64,000 nt of DNA from contig CAXXWQ010000002.1 in the NCBI GenBank assembly GCA_963674945.2, positions 544,001 to 608,000 of the forward strand, given 5' to 3'. The stretch is from an uncultured Desulfosarcina sp. Lineage in GTDB: Bacteria; Desulfobacterota; Desulfobacteria; Desulfobacterales; Desulfosarcinaceae. The position numbers and the translations under genes were made by a program. The stretch's first letter is position 1; each line of letters begins with the position of its first letter. Of the stretch, positions 29,561-39,091 are shown piece after piece. Below the pieces are notes generated by a model. The model worked only from the letters and a program-made list of their open reading frames with translations. It made no database searches and was not told where the DNA came from.

Positions 29561-30148
29561 TTACACGATGAGGGTGAACCACACCCGGTTTTTTGCCAAC
29601 CGATCCATGAGGTTTTGACCGATTGTTGTCTCTTGCCCGTCGACGATCACTTTTCGGATGCCCGGGAGGAGATCATCGTTGTCATGATGTAAGATTCGGG
29701 AAAGATTCTGACCCTTGATTTCAACTCCTTTTTTGAGCAGATGAACACCCACCTCTTTGGCGACCATGTTAAACAGCTTGATGGTCACCCGGCCGTTTTT
29801 TTTCTCCATTTTGCCTGTCGCATCTGTTTGGACGGATATCCCCTTGCGAAACGTGGCGTACCGACCACCCTTGCGCATGGTGGCACCGAGAAGGCCCGGC
29901 ATGGCAGCACTCAAGGCGACGGTTGATCCATCTCTCACCACGGCCTCGTCCACATCGTCCACGGGACGAGAATCCAAAAAAAGGGTCTGGATCCGTTGGT
30001 CCAGGTACGCTTCGGAAAAACCCAACTGGCCGCATAAAAATGCCTTGAGGCTACAGCCGGTATCTGCCGGAATGACAACGCCTTTTTCCATCAGTGGAGT
30101 GAATTTGGATACGATATGGGCATCAACATGTAAAACGAGTCGGATCAT
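29561..30148 (-). CDS. Hypothetical protein downstream of aor, possibly with two MoaD/ThiS-like domains
   Basis: TLFLDSRPVDDVDEAVVRDGSTVALSAAMPG and VTIKLFNMVAKEVG resemble beta-grasp sulfur-carrier segments. Confidence 0.65.
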   Translation of the reverse strand: MIRLVLHVDAHIVSKFTPLMEKGVVIPADTGCSLKAFLCGQLGFSEAYLDQRIQTLFLDSRPVDDVDEAVVRDGSTVALSAAMPGLLGATMRKGGRYATFRKGISVQTDATGKMEKKNGRVTIKLFNMVAKEVGVHLLKKGVEIKGQNLSRILHHDNDDLLPGIRKVIVDGQETTIGQNLMDRLAKNRVWFTLIV

Positions 30149-30171
30149 GGGATTCTTCAGGGAAGACAAAC

Positions 30172-30195
30172 GGGGAGATCGTTTCGGATCTCCCC
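30172..30195 (-). terminator. Stem-loop downstream of aor (terminator or stabiliser)
   Basis: Perfect 9-bp stem GGGGAGATC/GATCTCCCC followed on the minus strand by GTTTGTCTT. Confidence 0.55.
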
Positions 30196-30270
30196 ATCTA
30201 TCGTATACATGTGTCGGTCAAAGAAACGGTCCGTGTCTATTCAGAAACAGGAATTTCTGAATGCGCACAA

Positions 30271-32013
30271 TCACCAGTTGTATAGCGTATCCAGCTCCTC
30301 TTCCGTAACGCCGAAGGTCACATCGTGGGGTGCCAGCTTTTCATTTTTGAAGTAGTCGGGGAGCCGATCGTCCTTGGCGGTGAAACCGGCGGCCAAGTTG
30401 AATTCTCTCTCGTTTTTCAATATGGATTTACCCAACTGTGTCACATCGTCTGCTGTCATTGGCTGGCCGGTGAAGGCGGATATCAGATCGATCAGTGCGT
30501 TGAAGGTTTCGGCCTGATCGAGGATGGCGAAGGCAATAAAGAGGCACATGCCGGTGGCATCGATGGCCGCGGTGGCGATCTGCAGGTTGCGCGACAGTTC
30601 CACCTGTCCTTCCGGTTTGAGGGCATCCACATTTCCGCCTACGCCCAACAGGTTGGTGGCCACGGCGTACCCGGCGGTGTGGTCGGCGCCCATCGTAGAT
30701 GTGGCGTAGGTGACGCCGATCCCCTGAACGGCACGGGGGTCATAGGCCGGCATTGATTGGCGTTTGACCACGGGAACCCGCTCCACACCGAAGACCTGAC
30801 CGGCTACGGCGGCACCATTCCCCAGGATTCTTCCCAAAGGCGTTCCGTCTCCTACTTCCTGAAGCAGCTTGATGGCGCCCGGACCATCACCAAACTTGGC
30901 CAAGCCTGCTTCCATGGCGACGCCGATGGTAGCACCCATTTCGATGGTGTCCAGCCCGAAATCGTCATCCATCCGATCCAATTGGGCGATCGTATCCAGA
31001 TCGTCGATGCCGCAATTGCCGCCATGAGCCCATACGGTTTCGTACTCGGGCTGCTTGGTAACGAAGTTTCCGTCTTTGTCGTAATAGGTGCCGGAGCAGC
31101 GGATAACGCAACCGCGATGGCAACCGTGGGTGGCCGACCCCTCGCCGCCGCGTTGATTTTCCAGGGCCGCCTGAGCCTCTCCCGAGATATTGGCAGCCCC
31201 TTCGAACTGGCCTCTCGAAAAGTTATGGGTGGGGTAGCCGCCGGCTTCGTTGACAACGTTTGTGAGAACATTGGTGCCATAGGCAGGAAGTCCCTCACCG
31301 GTGACCGGGTGTTTTCGCAGCCCTTCGGCAAAGGTCTTGTTGGCGGCCTTGAACTTTTCCGGGTCGGCGGGCGATCGTACCTTCATACCGTCGTCATCCA
31401 GAATGATGGCTTTGATGCCTTTTGCACCCATGACGGCACCGACGCCACCGCGACCGGCATGGCGGGTGGGACGTTGTTCCATATCCGTGAAGGCAACGGA
31501 GGCCGCTGACATCTTCATCTCACCGGCCTGGCCGATGGTGATGCAGGCGACCTTTTTTCCGTATTGGGCGGCGAGTTTCTCCACCGTCGCGTAGTTGCCC
31601 AATCCCTTGAGATCGTCTGCCGATTCGATCGAAACCCCGTCTTTGTTGATGAAGACTTTGTATAGGCCGTCACTTTTCGCCTCGCCCTCGAGGATGATGG
31701 CGGCATATCCCAGCCTGCCCAATACCTGTGCGCCCTGGCCACCGGAATTGGCTTCCTTGATCCCACCGGTAAGCGGGCTCTTGCAGCCCACACTCACCCG
31801 GCCTGAAATGGCTGCCGCCGAACCGCTGAGCAAACCCGGTGCGATGACCAACTTGTTTTTTGCGCCCAATGGATGGCAGGTCGGCGGAACCTCCTTGACC
31901 ACGACGGCCGAAGTCATGGCACGGCCACCCAATCCTGCATATGCACCAAGATCTTCGGTTTTTGCTGCCGGTCCCCCGGGTGCCCCAACATCAATTCGTA
32001 ATATTTTGTCCAT
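30271..32013 (-). CDS. aor: Aldehyde:ferredoxin oxidoreductase (W/Mo-pterin AOR family)
   Basis: KSPLTG..KEANSGG, AGRGGVGAVMGAKGIKAI, CHRGCVIRC, EYET, DDFGLDTIE and YDPR. Confidence 0.95.
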   Translation of the reverse strand: MDKILRIDVGAPGGPAAKTEDLGAYAGLGGRAMTSAVVVKEVPPTCHPLGAKNKLVIAPGLLSGSAAAISGRVSVGCKSPLTGGIKEANSGGQGAQVLGRLGYAAIILEGEAKSDGLYKVFINKDGVSIESADDLKGLGNYATVEKLAAQYGKKVACITIGQAGEMKMSAASVAFTDMEQRPTRHAGRGGVGAVMGAKGIKAIILDDDGMKVRSPADPEKFKAANKTFAEGLRKHPVTGEGLPAYGTNVLTNVVNEAGGYPTHNFSRGQFEGAANISGEAQAALENQRGGEGSATHGCHRGCVIRCSGTYYDKDGNFVTKQPEYETVWAHGGNCGIDDLDTIAQLDRMDDDFGLDTIEMGATIGVAMEAGLAKFGDGPGAIKLLQEVGDGTPLGRILGNGAAVAGQVFGVERVPVVKRQSMPAYDPRAVQGIGVTYATSTMGADHTAGYAVATNLLGVGGNVDALKPEGQVELSRNLQIATAAIDATGMCLFIAFAILDQAETFNALIDLISAFTGQPMTADDVTQLGKSILKNEREFNLAAGFTAKDDRLPDYFKNEKLAPHDVTFGVTEEELDTLYNW

Positions 32014-32306
32014 TTCGTTTCCTCCCTATGGCGTAATGCTGATGTTTGAAGAACCGCCGGTCGCTTTTTACGGGGCGGTGGCCTCTACACGTTTATTTTG
32101 TTTATTATTATGGTCCGACCGGGGTTATGTCAAGAAAAACAGGTTGTGCCAATATCGGCATAACCGATTGACATTTCAGTAGTTTTGGTCGTATGGGTCG
32201 TCCGTTTTCCTTGAAGTGCGAAGAAGGGAAAAGCATGGGGAAAAACAACCAGAACGGACAGGCGAAACAGCAAAACGGCCCGAAAACCTGTCGTATGATT
32301 GTTACA

Positions 32307-32380
32307 AGAATATAGGAGTCAGAATTCAGCGCCGCCGCTGAATACTCGATTCTGACTCCTGTTGGTTTCCGTAATTGCAG
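32307..32380. repeat. Heptamer-armed repeat (family H), copy 3, collapsed; keeps the first 11 nt of the mini-insertion
   Basis: AGAATAT AGGAGTC AGAATTC AG-CGCCGCCGCTG-AATACTCGATTCTGACTCCTGTTGG. Confidence 0.8.
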
Positions 32381-32432
32381 TGCCCCCTTCCAATGGGAGC
32401 CCAAAGCCGAACACGTAGGGTCCGGATATCCA

Positions 32433-33521
32433 CTATCCGTTTTTTTGCTCGAATGTCTTCATGAAATCCACCAGTGCCTCCACCGCAGCAAGCGGTGTTG
32501 GATTGTAGATGGAGGCCCTGCATCCACCCACGCTGCGATGGCCTTTAAGCCCGCCCAAGTCATTTTCCAGGGCTTGTGCCACGAAGTTCTTTTCCAGCTG
32601 CTCACTGGGCAGACGGAACGTCACATTCATCCGGGATCGGCTCTCTTTTTCCGCCGTTGGTTGATAGAAATCGCTCTGATCCATGAAGTCGTAAAGAAGG
32701 CTTGCCTTTTTGCGATTCAGTTCCACCATCCTGTCCAGCCCGCCAATGGTCTCTTCCAGCCATTTGAGCACCAATTGGACCGTGTAGATGGCAAAACACG
32801 GTGGTGTGTTGAACATGGAATTTTTCTCCGCAAATGTGGTGTAGCGCAACATGGTGGGGATGTCCTTGGGGGTTCGGGCCAAAAGATCGTCGCGGATGAT
32901 GGCGAGGCAGACGCCTGCAGGACCCATGTTTTTTTGGGCACCGGCGTAAATCAGTCCGAATTTTTCCATATCCAGCGGCCTGGAGAAGATGTCCGAGCTC
33001 ATGTCCGATACGATGGGGACGCCACTGGTATCGGGGAACTTTGCCCATTGGGTGCCCTTGATCGTATTGTTCGAGGTGATGTGGGCGAAAACGGCGTCCT
33101 TGTTGAATTCGATGGATTGTGGAATATAGGAAAAGTTCCGATCCTCGGAAGAGGCCACCACTTCGATGGACTTGCCCTGGATCTGCGCCTCCTTGATGGC
33201 CTTGGTCGACCAGGTACCGGTATTGACATAGTCGGCTTTGTCGCCGGGGCCGAGAAGGTTCATGGGCACCATGCAAAACTGCAGGCTGGCGCCTCCCTGC
33301 AGGAAGAGAACATGAAAGCGATCGTCCAGTTTGAGAATACGCTTAATTCGATCCACGGCATCATTGATCACTTCGTCGAACCACTTGGAGCGATGGCTGA
33401 TTTCGGTAACCGACATACCTGAACCGGCAAAATCGAGAAAGGATGCCTGTATCTCCTCCAAAACCGGCAGTGGCAAGGCAGCAGGACCCGCATTAAAATT
33501 GTGTATTCTTTTTGTCTTCAT
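32433..33521 (-). CDS. serC: Phosphoserine aminotransferase
   Basis: NFNAGPAALP, LFLQGGAS, DMSSD, YAGAQKNMG and GHRSVGGCRASIYN. Confidence 0.97.
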   Translation of the reverse strand: MKTKRIHNFNAGPAALPLPVLEEIQASFLDFAGSGMSVTEISHRSKWFDEVINDAVDRIKRILKLDDRFHVLFLQGGASLQFCMVPMNLLGPGDKADYVNTGTWSTKAIKEAQIQGKSIEVVASSEDRNFSYIPQSIEFNKDAVFAHITSNNTIKGTQWAKFPDTSGVPIVSDMSSDIFSRPLDMEKFGLIYAGAQKNMGPAGVCLAIIRDDLLARTPKDIPTMLRYTTFAEKNSMFNTPPCFAIYTVQLVLKWLEETIGGLDRMVELNRKKASLLYDFMDQSDFYQPTAEKESRSRMNVTFRLPSEQLEKNFVAQALENDLGGLKGHRSVGGCRASIYNPTPLAAVEALVDFMKTFEQKNG

Positions 33522-33745
33522 TTGCTATTTCCTCCATATGGTTGGCGCGATGGGCAGTGTGCGGTGTATTCATGGTAGTTGTCCGGATCGCCGTTAACAT
33601 CTTTCCGTTCCTGAAATTGTGCTATGGGGCACATACCTTATTACACACCGGACGATCAACCCTATATTTTTTTCAGACATTGACAAATCGTACGCTTCCA
33701 CCTTAAGGAACACCAACCAAACCCGAATCAAAAGGAAGCGCTTCC

Positions 33746-35062
33746 ATGAAAATTCTTACCTACCCCTCGCCATTGGCCGAAAAGAAGATGGGGTCCATCA
33801 TCGGCAGACAGATCGATTTCAACAAATCCGATGTCCAAGCCGTCACGCGGATCCTCAAGGATGTGAAAGAACACGGTGATGAAGCGATGGTCCGATACAG
33901 CAATAAGTTCGATGCGCCCCATATGACCGCAAAAGACCTTGTCGTGGGCCCCGAGGAGATAAGAGCCGCTACCGCAAAGGTTGACCGCGCCTTTGCAAAG
34001 GCGCTCAATCGAAGCGCTTCCCAAATCGAATCATTTCACCGGCAGCAGCTTCCCAAATCGTGGATCGATACGAGGCGTCCCGGGACTCTTCTCGGTCAAA
34101 TGGTCAATCCCGTCGACGCCGCCGGTGTTTACGTGCCCGGTGGGAAAAGCGGCGCCACGCCGCTCGTCTCCTCCGTGCTCATGGGAGCGATTCCCGCCAA
34201 GATCGCCGGTGTGCCCAAGGTTGTGATGGCGACGCCGCCCATGCCTTCGGGAGAGGTTTCTCCATACCTTATCGTGGCCGCGAAAAAGGCCGGGGTCGAT
34301 ACTATATATAAGGTGGGAAGCGCATGGGCCATTGCCGCTTTGGCATACGGCACACAGTCCATCGCCAAGGTCGATGTCATCGTCGGCCCCGGAAACATCT
34401 ATGTCACACTGGCGAAAAAGCTCGTATCCGGGGCGGTGGGCATCGACATGATTGCCGGACCCAGTGAGATTCTCGTCATTGCCGACAAGACGGCGAATCC
34501 GGATTTTACTGCCGCAGATCTTCTCAGCCAGGCGGAACATGACCCTCTGGCATCTGCCGTTTTGGTTACCGATTCCGCCCCTCTGGCAAAGCAGGTTCAG
34601 GAGGCCGTAAAGCGGCAACTGGAATCATTGGCGCGCGGGGAGATCGCCAGACAAAGTATTGCGACCTACGGCGTCATCATGGTCGTGGACAATATGGATG
34701 TCGCCATCGAACTGGCCAATTTTATCGCTCCCGAACATCTGGAACTGCAGGTGGAGGACCCCATGGCGCTGGCCCCAAGAATCAGAAATGCCGGCGCAAT
34801 TTTTCTGGGGCACTATACACCCGAGCCGGTCGGCGACTACATGGCCGGCCCCAACCATGTACTGCCAACGGCTGGAACCGCAAGATTCTCATCCGCTTTG
34901 TCGGTGCATCATTTTATGAAAAATACTAGCCTGATCCGCTATTCACAGAGGGCATTTCAACAAGAGGCCAAGGATATCATGTGTCTGGCAAATGTAGAAG
35001 GACTGGGGGCTCACGCCAATTCCGTCGGGATCCGTCTGAAAAAAAAGATCCCGAAAACTTAA
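33746..35062 (+). CDS. hisD: Histidinol dehydrogenase
   Basis: GVYVPGG, VGPGNIYV, IDMIAGPSE, QAEHD, APEHLEL and AGPNHVLPT. Confidence 0.97.
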   Translation: MKILTYPSPLAEKKMGSIIGRQIDFNKSDVQAVTRILKDVKEHGDEAMVRYSNKFDAPHMTAKDLVVGPEEIRAATAKVDRAFAKALNRSASQIESFHRQQLPKSWIDTRRPGTLLGQMVNPVDAAGVYVPGGKSGATPLVSSVLMGAIPAKIAGVPKVVMATPPMPSGEVSPYLIVAAKKAGVDTIYKVGSAWAIAALAYGTQSIAKVDVIVGPGNIYVTLAKKLVSGAVGIDMIAGPSEILVIADKTANPDFTAADLLSQAEHDPLASAVLVTDSAPLAKQVQEAVKRQLESLARGEIARQSIATYGVIMVVDNMDVAIELANFIAPEHLELQVEDPMALAPRIRNAGAIFLGHYTPEPVGDYMAGPNHVLPTAGTARFSSALSVHHFMKNTSLIRYSQRAFQQEAKDIMCLANVEGLGAHANSVGIRLKKKIPKT

Positions 35063-35088
35063 AGAATGACGAGACCCTTAAAGGTGAG

Positions 35089-35224
35089 TTCAAAATGTTC
35101 AAATGTTCAATCGGGCTCAAGATAAAGGCGGGGTGAGGTGACCAACCGCAGACATACATGTAGTATTTCGAGGATTGGACAGCTCGGCCCAACACCGGTA
35201 TTGAGCCCGAGGGGACGTTTTGAA
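35089..35224. repeat. Rod-like hairpin repeat (family R)
   Basis: TTCAAAATGTTC/GGACGTTTTGAA ends; perfect TCGGGCTCAA/TTGAGCCCGA stem; core ACCGCAGACATAC...GTATTTCGAGGAT. Confidence 0.75.
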
Positions 35225-35270
35225 AAAAAAGGCGACCTTCCGGCAATACCATCATATCCGGAAGGTCGCC
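35223..35270 (-). terminator. Intrinsic terminator of the HU gene
   Basis: GGCGACCTTCCGG/CCGGAAGGTCGCC stem with A8 on the + strand (U-tract on the minus strand). Confidence 0.85.
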
Positions 35271-35292
35271 TGGGGAAATCGATGCGGCAGGT

Positions 35293-35565
35293 TTAGACGG
35301 ATTCTCTTAGTTTTTTTCCGGGTTTGAATTTCACCACGTTGGCCGCCTTAATTTTAATTACTTCTCCGGTCTGGGGGTTGCGACCTTTGCGGGCTTTGCG
35401 TCGAACCTTCATAAAGGTCCCGAAACCCACTAAGGTAACCTTGCCATCTTTCTTTTTCAATGCCTTGCCGATGTTGGCAGTGAAGGAGTCCAAAGCAGCT
35501 GCAGCAGCAACTTTGGTAATACCGGCTTCGTCTGCCATTTTCTCAACTAATTCAGCTTTTGTCAT
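35293..35565 (-). CDS. hup: HU family DNA-binding protein
   Basis: MTKAELV, VTLVGFGTF, RKGRNPQTG and KFKPGK; SD AGGAGG. Confidence 0.95.
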   Translation of the reverse strand: MTKAELVEKMADEAGITKVAAAAALDSFTANIGKALKKKDGKVTLVGFGTFMKVRRKARKGRNPQTGEVIKIKAANVVKFKPGKKLRESV

Positions 35566-35696
35566 CGTTTCCTCCTTTTGATGGGTGTGAGTTTGGAACC
35601 TTTTACTATCGCTCATAGTTTGCCATTACAGCATATTTATAACCGTGTCAACAGGGAAACCGCATGAAATAAGGGTTTGGAGGAAGAATTTCGATT

Positions 35697-36947
35697 TTAA
35701 TGTTTAAAACTGCGCTGTCCGGTGTAGACCATGGCCACATCGGCTTCATTACAGGCCTCAATGGATTGGTAGTCATTGGTCGATCCTCCCGGTTGGACGA
35801 TTGCGCTTACCCCTTCGCGAATGCCCACATCCACCCCGTCCCGAAAGGGAAAGAAGGCATCACTGACCATGGAAGAACCGATGAGACCTCCTTTTTCTGC
35901 CGAGACGCGGGCGTCGATTTCCGCCCGTCGATCGGCATCTTTGAGGTCGTTGTAAGGGATCTGCCAGTTTTCAAAGCAATAGCGGTCGGCCAGTTTTCGA
36001 TATGCCTTGTCTCTGGCGATTTCCGCGACACCGACCCGGTCCTGCTCACCGGTGCCGATTCCCACGGTGACCAGGTCTTTTACATAGAGTACTGAATTGG
36101 AGGTGACACCCGACTCCACGAGCCAGCCGAAGAGTAGATCTTCCATTTCCCTGTCGGTGGGCATGCGTTTGATCGTGTATGTTTTTCCGTTCGCCTCGCA
36201 TTGGGCGGGTTTCATGTCCTGCCGGGTCCGGGTCTGGGGAACGAAAGACCATTGGGCGATGATACCACCGTCGATAAGGCTCTTGAACTCCACGCATCGT
36301 TTGCCCACAAAGGCCTGAAGTCTTTCGATGTTACCGATGCGGACCACTCGCAGGTTCTTCTTCTTCGAGAAGATATCCATGGTCCCCTCGTCGAACTCCG
36401 GTGCAACGATAACCTCTGCGTATTGGCTTGCGATGGCCTGGGCCGTGGCGATATCGACACTGCGGTTCACGGCGATACATCCGCCAAAGGCCGCCACGCG
36501 ATCGGCGAGGTTGGCCTTGACGTAAGCGTTCTCCAGCGTATCGGCCTGGGCAACGCCACAAGGATTGTTGTGTTTGACGATAACCACCGTCGGGCGGTCC
36601 GCAAAGTATCGCAGGATGTTGAGAGAATTGTCCGCGTCGGTGAGATTGGTCTTACCCGGATGTTTCCCGGACTGGAGCAGTTCGATATCCGATGCCAGGT
36701 ATTGGCCGGGTTGTATTGTCTCAATCTCTCCCAGTACGAGATTCCCGTTGACCATTCGGTATAGCGCCGCTTCCTGGCCGGGATTTTCACCGTAGCGCAA
36801 ACCCTTTTGCACGTTATCGATGTTCCAGGTGACTTTTTCGTAAAACAGGGTTTGCCGCTTATCGCCATCCACGAAGCTGATCTCCATTTTGCCGGGAAAG
36901 TGATCATCCATGATGGTGCGGTACATCTTCTTCAGATCTTCAGCCAT
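35697..36947 (-). CDS. purH: PurH C-terminal-type protein (AICAR transformylase-like half)
   Basis: LRYGENPGQEAALY, VKHNNPCG, AFGGCIA, SDAFFPF, QPGGS and RSFKH. Confidence 0.85.
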   Translation of the reverse strand: MAEDLKKMYRTIMDDHFPGKMEISFVDGDKRQTLFYEKVTWNIDNVQKGLRYGENPGQEAALYRMVNGNLVLGEIETIQPGQYLASDIELLQSGKHPGKTNLTDADNSLNILRYFADRPTVVIVKHNNPCGVAQADTLENAYVKANLADRVAAFGGCIAVNRSVDIATAQAIASQYAEVIVAPEFDEGTMDIFSKKKNLRVVRIGNIERLQAFVGKRCVEFKSLIDGGIIAQWSFVPQTRTRQDMKPAQCEANGKTYTIKRMPTDREMEDLLFGWLVESGVTSNSVLYVKDLVTVGIGTGEQDRVGVAEIARDKAYRKLADRYCFENWQIPYNDLKDADRRAEIDARVSAEKGGLIGSSMVSDAFFPFRDGVDVGIREGVSAIVQPGGSTNDYQSIEACNEADVAMVYTGQRSFKH

Positions 36948-36967
36948 GATGTTTCTCCTTATAATAA

Positions 36968-37007
36968 GGGGCCGAGGGGCCGAGGTTTCGAGGTTTCAAG
37001 GGGATTC
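36968..37007. repeat. Degenerate octamer tandem repeat (one arm only)
   Basis: GGGGCCGA GGGGCCGA GGTTTCGA GGTTTCAA GGGGATTC. Confidence 0.55.
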
Positions 37008-37165
37008 TAAATAACATGCTCTGAAATTGTATCCTACATTGAACGATTAGAAGCATAATTACAAAGAATAGCTGAAGCTTTGCGTGTGAACATCGAATCA
37101 TCGATAAATGCTCAACAGATAAAAGCCATCACCCAATTGCCGAAGGCCAACCGATTACCTTGGGC

Positions 37166-37852
37166 TCACCTTTCTTGGGGCTTGTACTCGTCGGCTACTG
37201 TAGAAAAAGGGGTGTCATTCAAATAGCCGGCGATGGCCGCGTCGTAGGCGGCCGTGTGTGCAAATGCCTTCCGGGCAAGGCGGTATCGGAGTGCGAGGGA
37301 TATTTGACCATCGCTTGCGGCCATCTCATCGATGATCGACTCGTAGTCGTTCGGATCCACCACCGATGCCACACGGATGAAATTCTTCGCCGCCGCACGA
37401 ATCATACAGGGCCCACCGATATCGATGTTGCCGCGCGCCTGCTCCGGTGTGGCGCCGGGCTGGGCGATGGTCTCTTGAAAGGGGTAAAGGTTCACCACCA
37501 CCATGTCGATGGGAACACCGCCGGTTCGTTTCAGGTCGGCCTGATGGGCGTCGTTGTAAGTTTCGGTGAGGAGTCCCAGATAGATCTTGAAATCCAGGGT
37601 TTTGACCAGACCACCCTGGGTCTCCGGTTGTCCGGTATAGTCGGATACCTGTGTGAGACAATCGCCGGCCCGTTCGGCCAGTATTTCCCCGAGTCGGGCA
37701 TATGTTCCGCCGGTGGAGAAAATTCGGATGTCGGGATTGGCCGAAAGCAGCTTGGGCACGAACGCTTCCAGTCCACTTTTATCGGAAACGCTGATAAGGA
37801 TATGGTTCACACGTAGCCGGTCGTCAATCTTTTCTACTTTGTTTATCGTCAT
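37166..37852 (-). CDS. purH: PurH N-terminal-type protein (IMP cyclohydrolase / MGS-like half)
   Basis: LISVSDKSGL, STGGT, VKTL, VVNLYPF, NIDIGGP and KAFAHTAAYD. Confidence 0.88.
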   Translation of the reverse strand: MTINKVEKIDDRLRVNHILISVSDKSGLEAFVPKLLSANPDIRIFSTGGTYARLGEILAERAGDCLTQVSDYTGQPETQGGLVKTLDFKIYLGLLTETYNDAHQADLKRTGGVPIDMVVVNLYPFQETIAQPGATPEQARGNIDIGGPCMIRAAAKNFIRVASVVDPNDYESIIDEMAASDGQISLALRYRLARKAFAHTAAYDAAIAGYLNDTPFSTVADEYKPQER

Positions 37853-37857
37853 GGAAT

Positions 37858-38559
37858 TTACCTTTCTCCCTGGTACTCTTCTATCAAACGGTCGAAAAAA
37901 TCGGTCATGAATCGGTGGCGCTCCTCGGCGATCCGTCTGCCCGTGGCGGTGTGCATACGATCTTTGATTTTAATCAGTTTTACTTTGTATTCGCGGTAGC
38001 CCGTATCGTTTATACCATAGGAGGGCTCTCGGGTCACGTCCACCTCGGGACTGTGAAGCCGGGCACCCACTTCGCCGGCGAAGAGAAACGCCCGGGCCAC
38101 GCCGATGGCCCCGATGGCATCCAGCTTATCCGCATCGAAGAGAACGCGTGCCTCGACGGTCTTCGGAGATTCTCCCCTCCTGAACCGGTGGGAGGCGATA
38201 CAGTGAAGGATATTCTCTCTGCGACTGCCGGACAGGGGAAGGTCGGCGAGCATGTCGTTGGCCATTTCGGCACCCTTTTCGGCGTGGCAGGATTTGCCCC
38301 CCCCTCGGTCCTGATAGGAGCGTCCGATGTCATGCAGAAAAGCTGCGGCCTGGGTGACCAGCGGGTCCGAACCCTCTTGTGCGCCGATGCGCTGGCAAAG
38401 CCGGTGAACCCGCAGGCTGTGGTCCCAGTCATGGCTGCCTTTTACCCGAGAAAAGTGTGCTTGCGCCATCATGCGAATGTGTTGCAGCAGCAATGTATCG
38501 GATGTCTCTGTGATTGATGGACTGTCCGGCAAAAGATAGCCGACGCCTTGGTGCGTCAT
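37858..38559 (-). CDS. HD domain phosphohydrolase (YedJ-like)
   Basis: HDWDHSLRV, LHDIGR and DADKLDAIGAIGVAR; start uncertain. Confidence 0.88.
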   Translation of the reverse strand: MTHQGVGYLLPDSPSITETSDTLLLQHIRMMAQAHFSRVKGSHDWDHSLRVHRLCQRIGAQEGSDPLVTQAAAFLHDIGRSYQDRGGGKSCHAEKGAEMANDMLADLPLSGSRRENILHCIASHRFRRGESPKTVEARVLFDADKLDAIGAIGVARAFLFAGEVGARLHSPEVDVTREPSYGINDTGYREYKVKLIKIKDRMHTATGRRIAEERHRFMTDFFDRLIEEYQGER

Positions 38560-38669
38560 CGTCTTTTTTCTCCCAAATTGTCGCCGCCGTAGAAAAATTG
38601 TTTGATTTTCAAATTATGCTTCCCTTTGGGGCTGAAAAAAGGGGCGTGGTTTCAACTTATTCATAGATG

Positions 38670-38816
38670 GTGTCTATCCAGAAATGGTAGATCATGGGTT
38701 AAGGCCAAGGCCGCAGCGACGTCGGAACCGCAGGCGTAGCAGCAGCGCTGCGTTGAGGATTTCGACGGAGCGAGAACGCCGGCATGGGCCATGAGATGCC
38801 GTTTCTGGATGGGCAC
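38670..38816. repeat. Rod-like hairpin repeat (family R), MITE-like
   Basis: Terminal IR GTGTCTATCCAGAAATGG/CCGTTTCTGGATGGGCAC (15/18; all mismatches G-U compatible); core ACCGCAGGCGTAGC...GCTGCGTTGAGGAT. Confidence 0.85.
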
Positions 38817-39022
38817 TGATATGGATATAGTAAACTTTTGGTCGAGGCAATAAAAAAGAACATGCCAATGCTGGTAAGCGCAGGTCATTTTGCACCGTTC
38901 CGATCCGGGTAAGAAATGGATGGGACCTCCACTTTGCTCCCCTTCGGATTATTACCACTTTTTGTAATGTTAACTTTTATAAATTATTAATAAAATTTCT
39001 AGATTAACAACACCTTTTCCCC

Positions 39023-39086
39023 TTGACAGAATACCGTTTTTATACTTACTATTCAAATATTGTGGATTAAAGTGGATAAAATTGGT
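39023..39086 (+). promoter_or_regulatory. dcw promoter with MraZ-type direct repeats
   Basis: TTGACA-N18-TACTAT, then GTGG, GTGG and TTGG at a 10-bp period (39062, 39072, 39082) just before mraZ. Confidence 0.7.
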
Positions 39087-39091
39087 GAAAA

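Noticed and set aside
29041..29571. 176-aa + strand ORF from the track
   Set aside because: No motifs, atypical composition, and it overlaps a more plausible minus-strand small ORF.
32014..32160. Moco/Wco riboswitch or sigma54 promoter upstream of aor
   Set aside because: No Moco motif features seen; TGGCAC is present on the minus strand but the -12 GC is missing at the required spacing.
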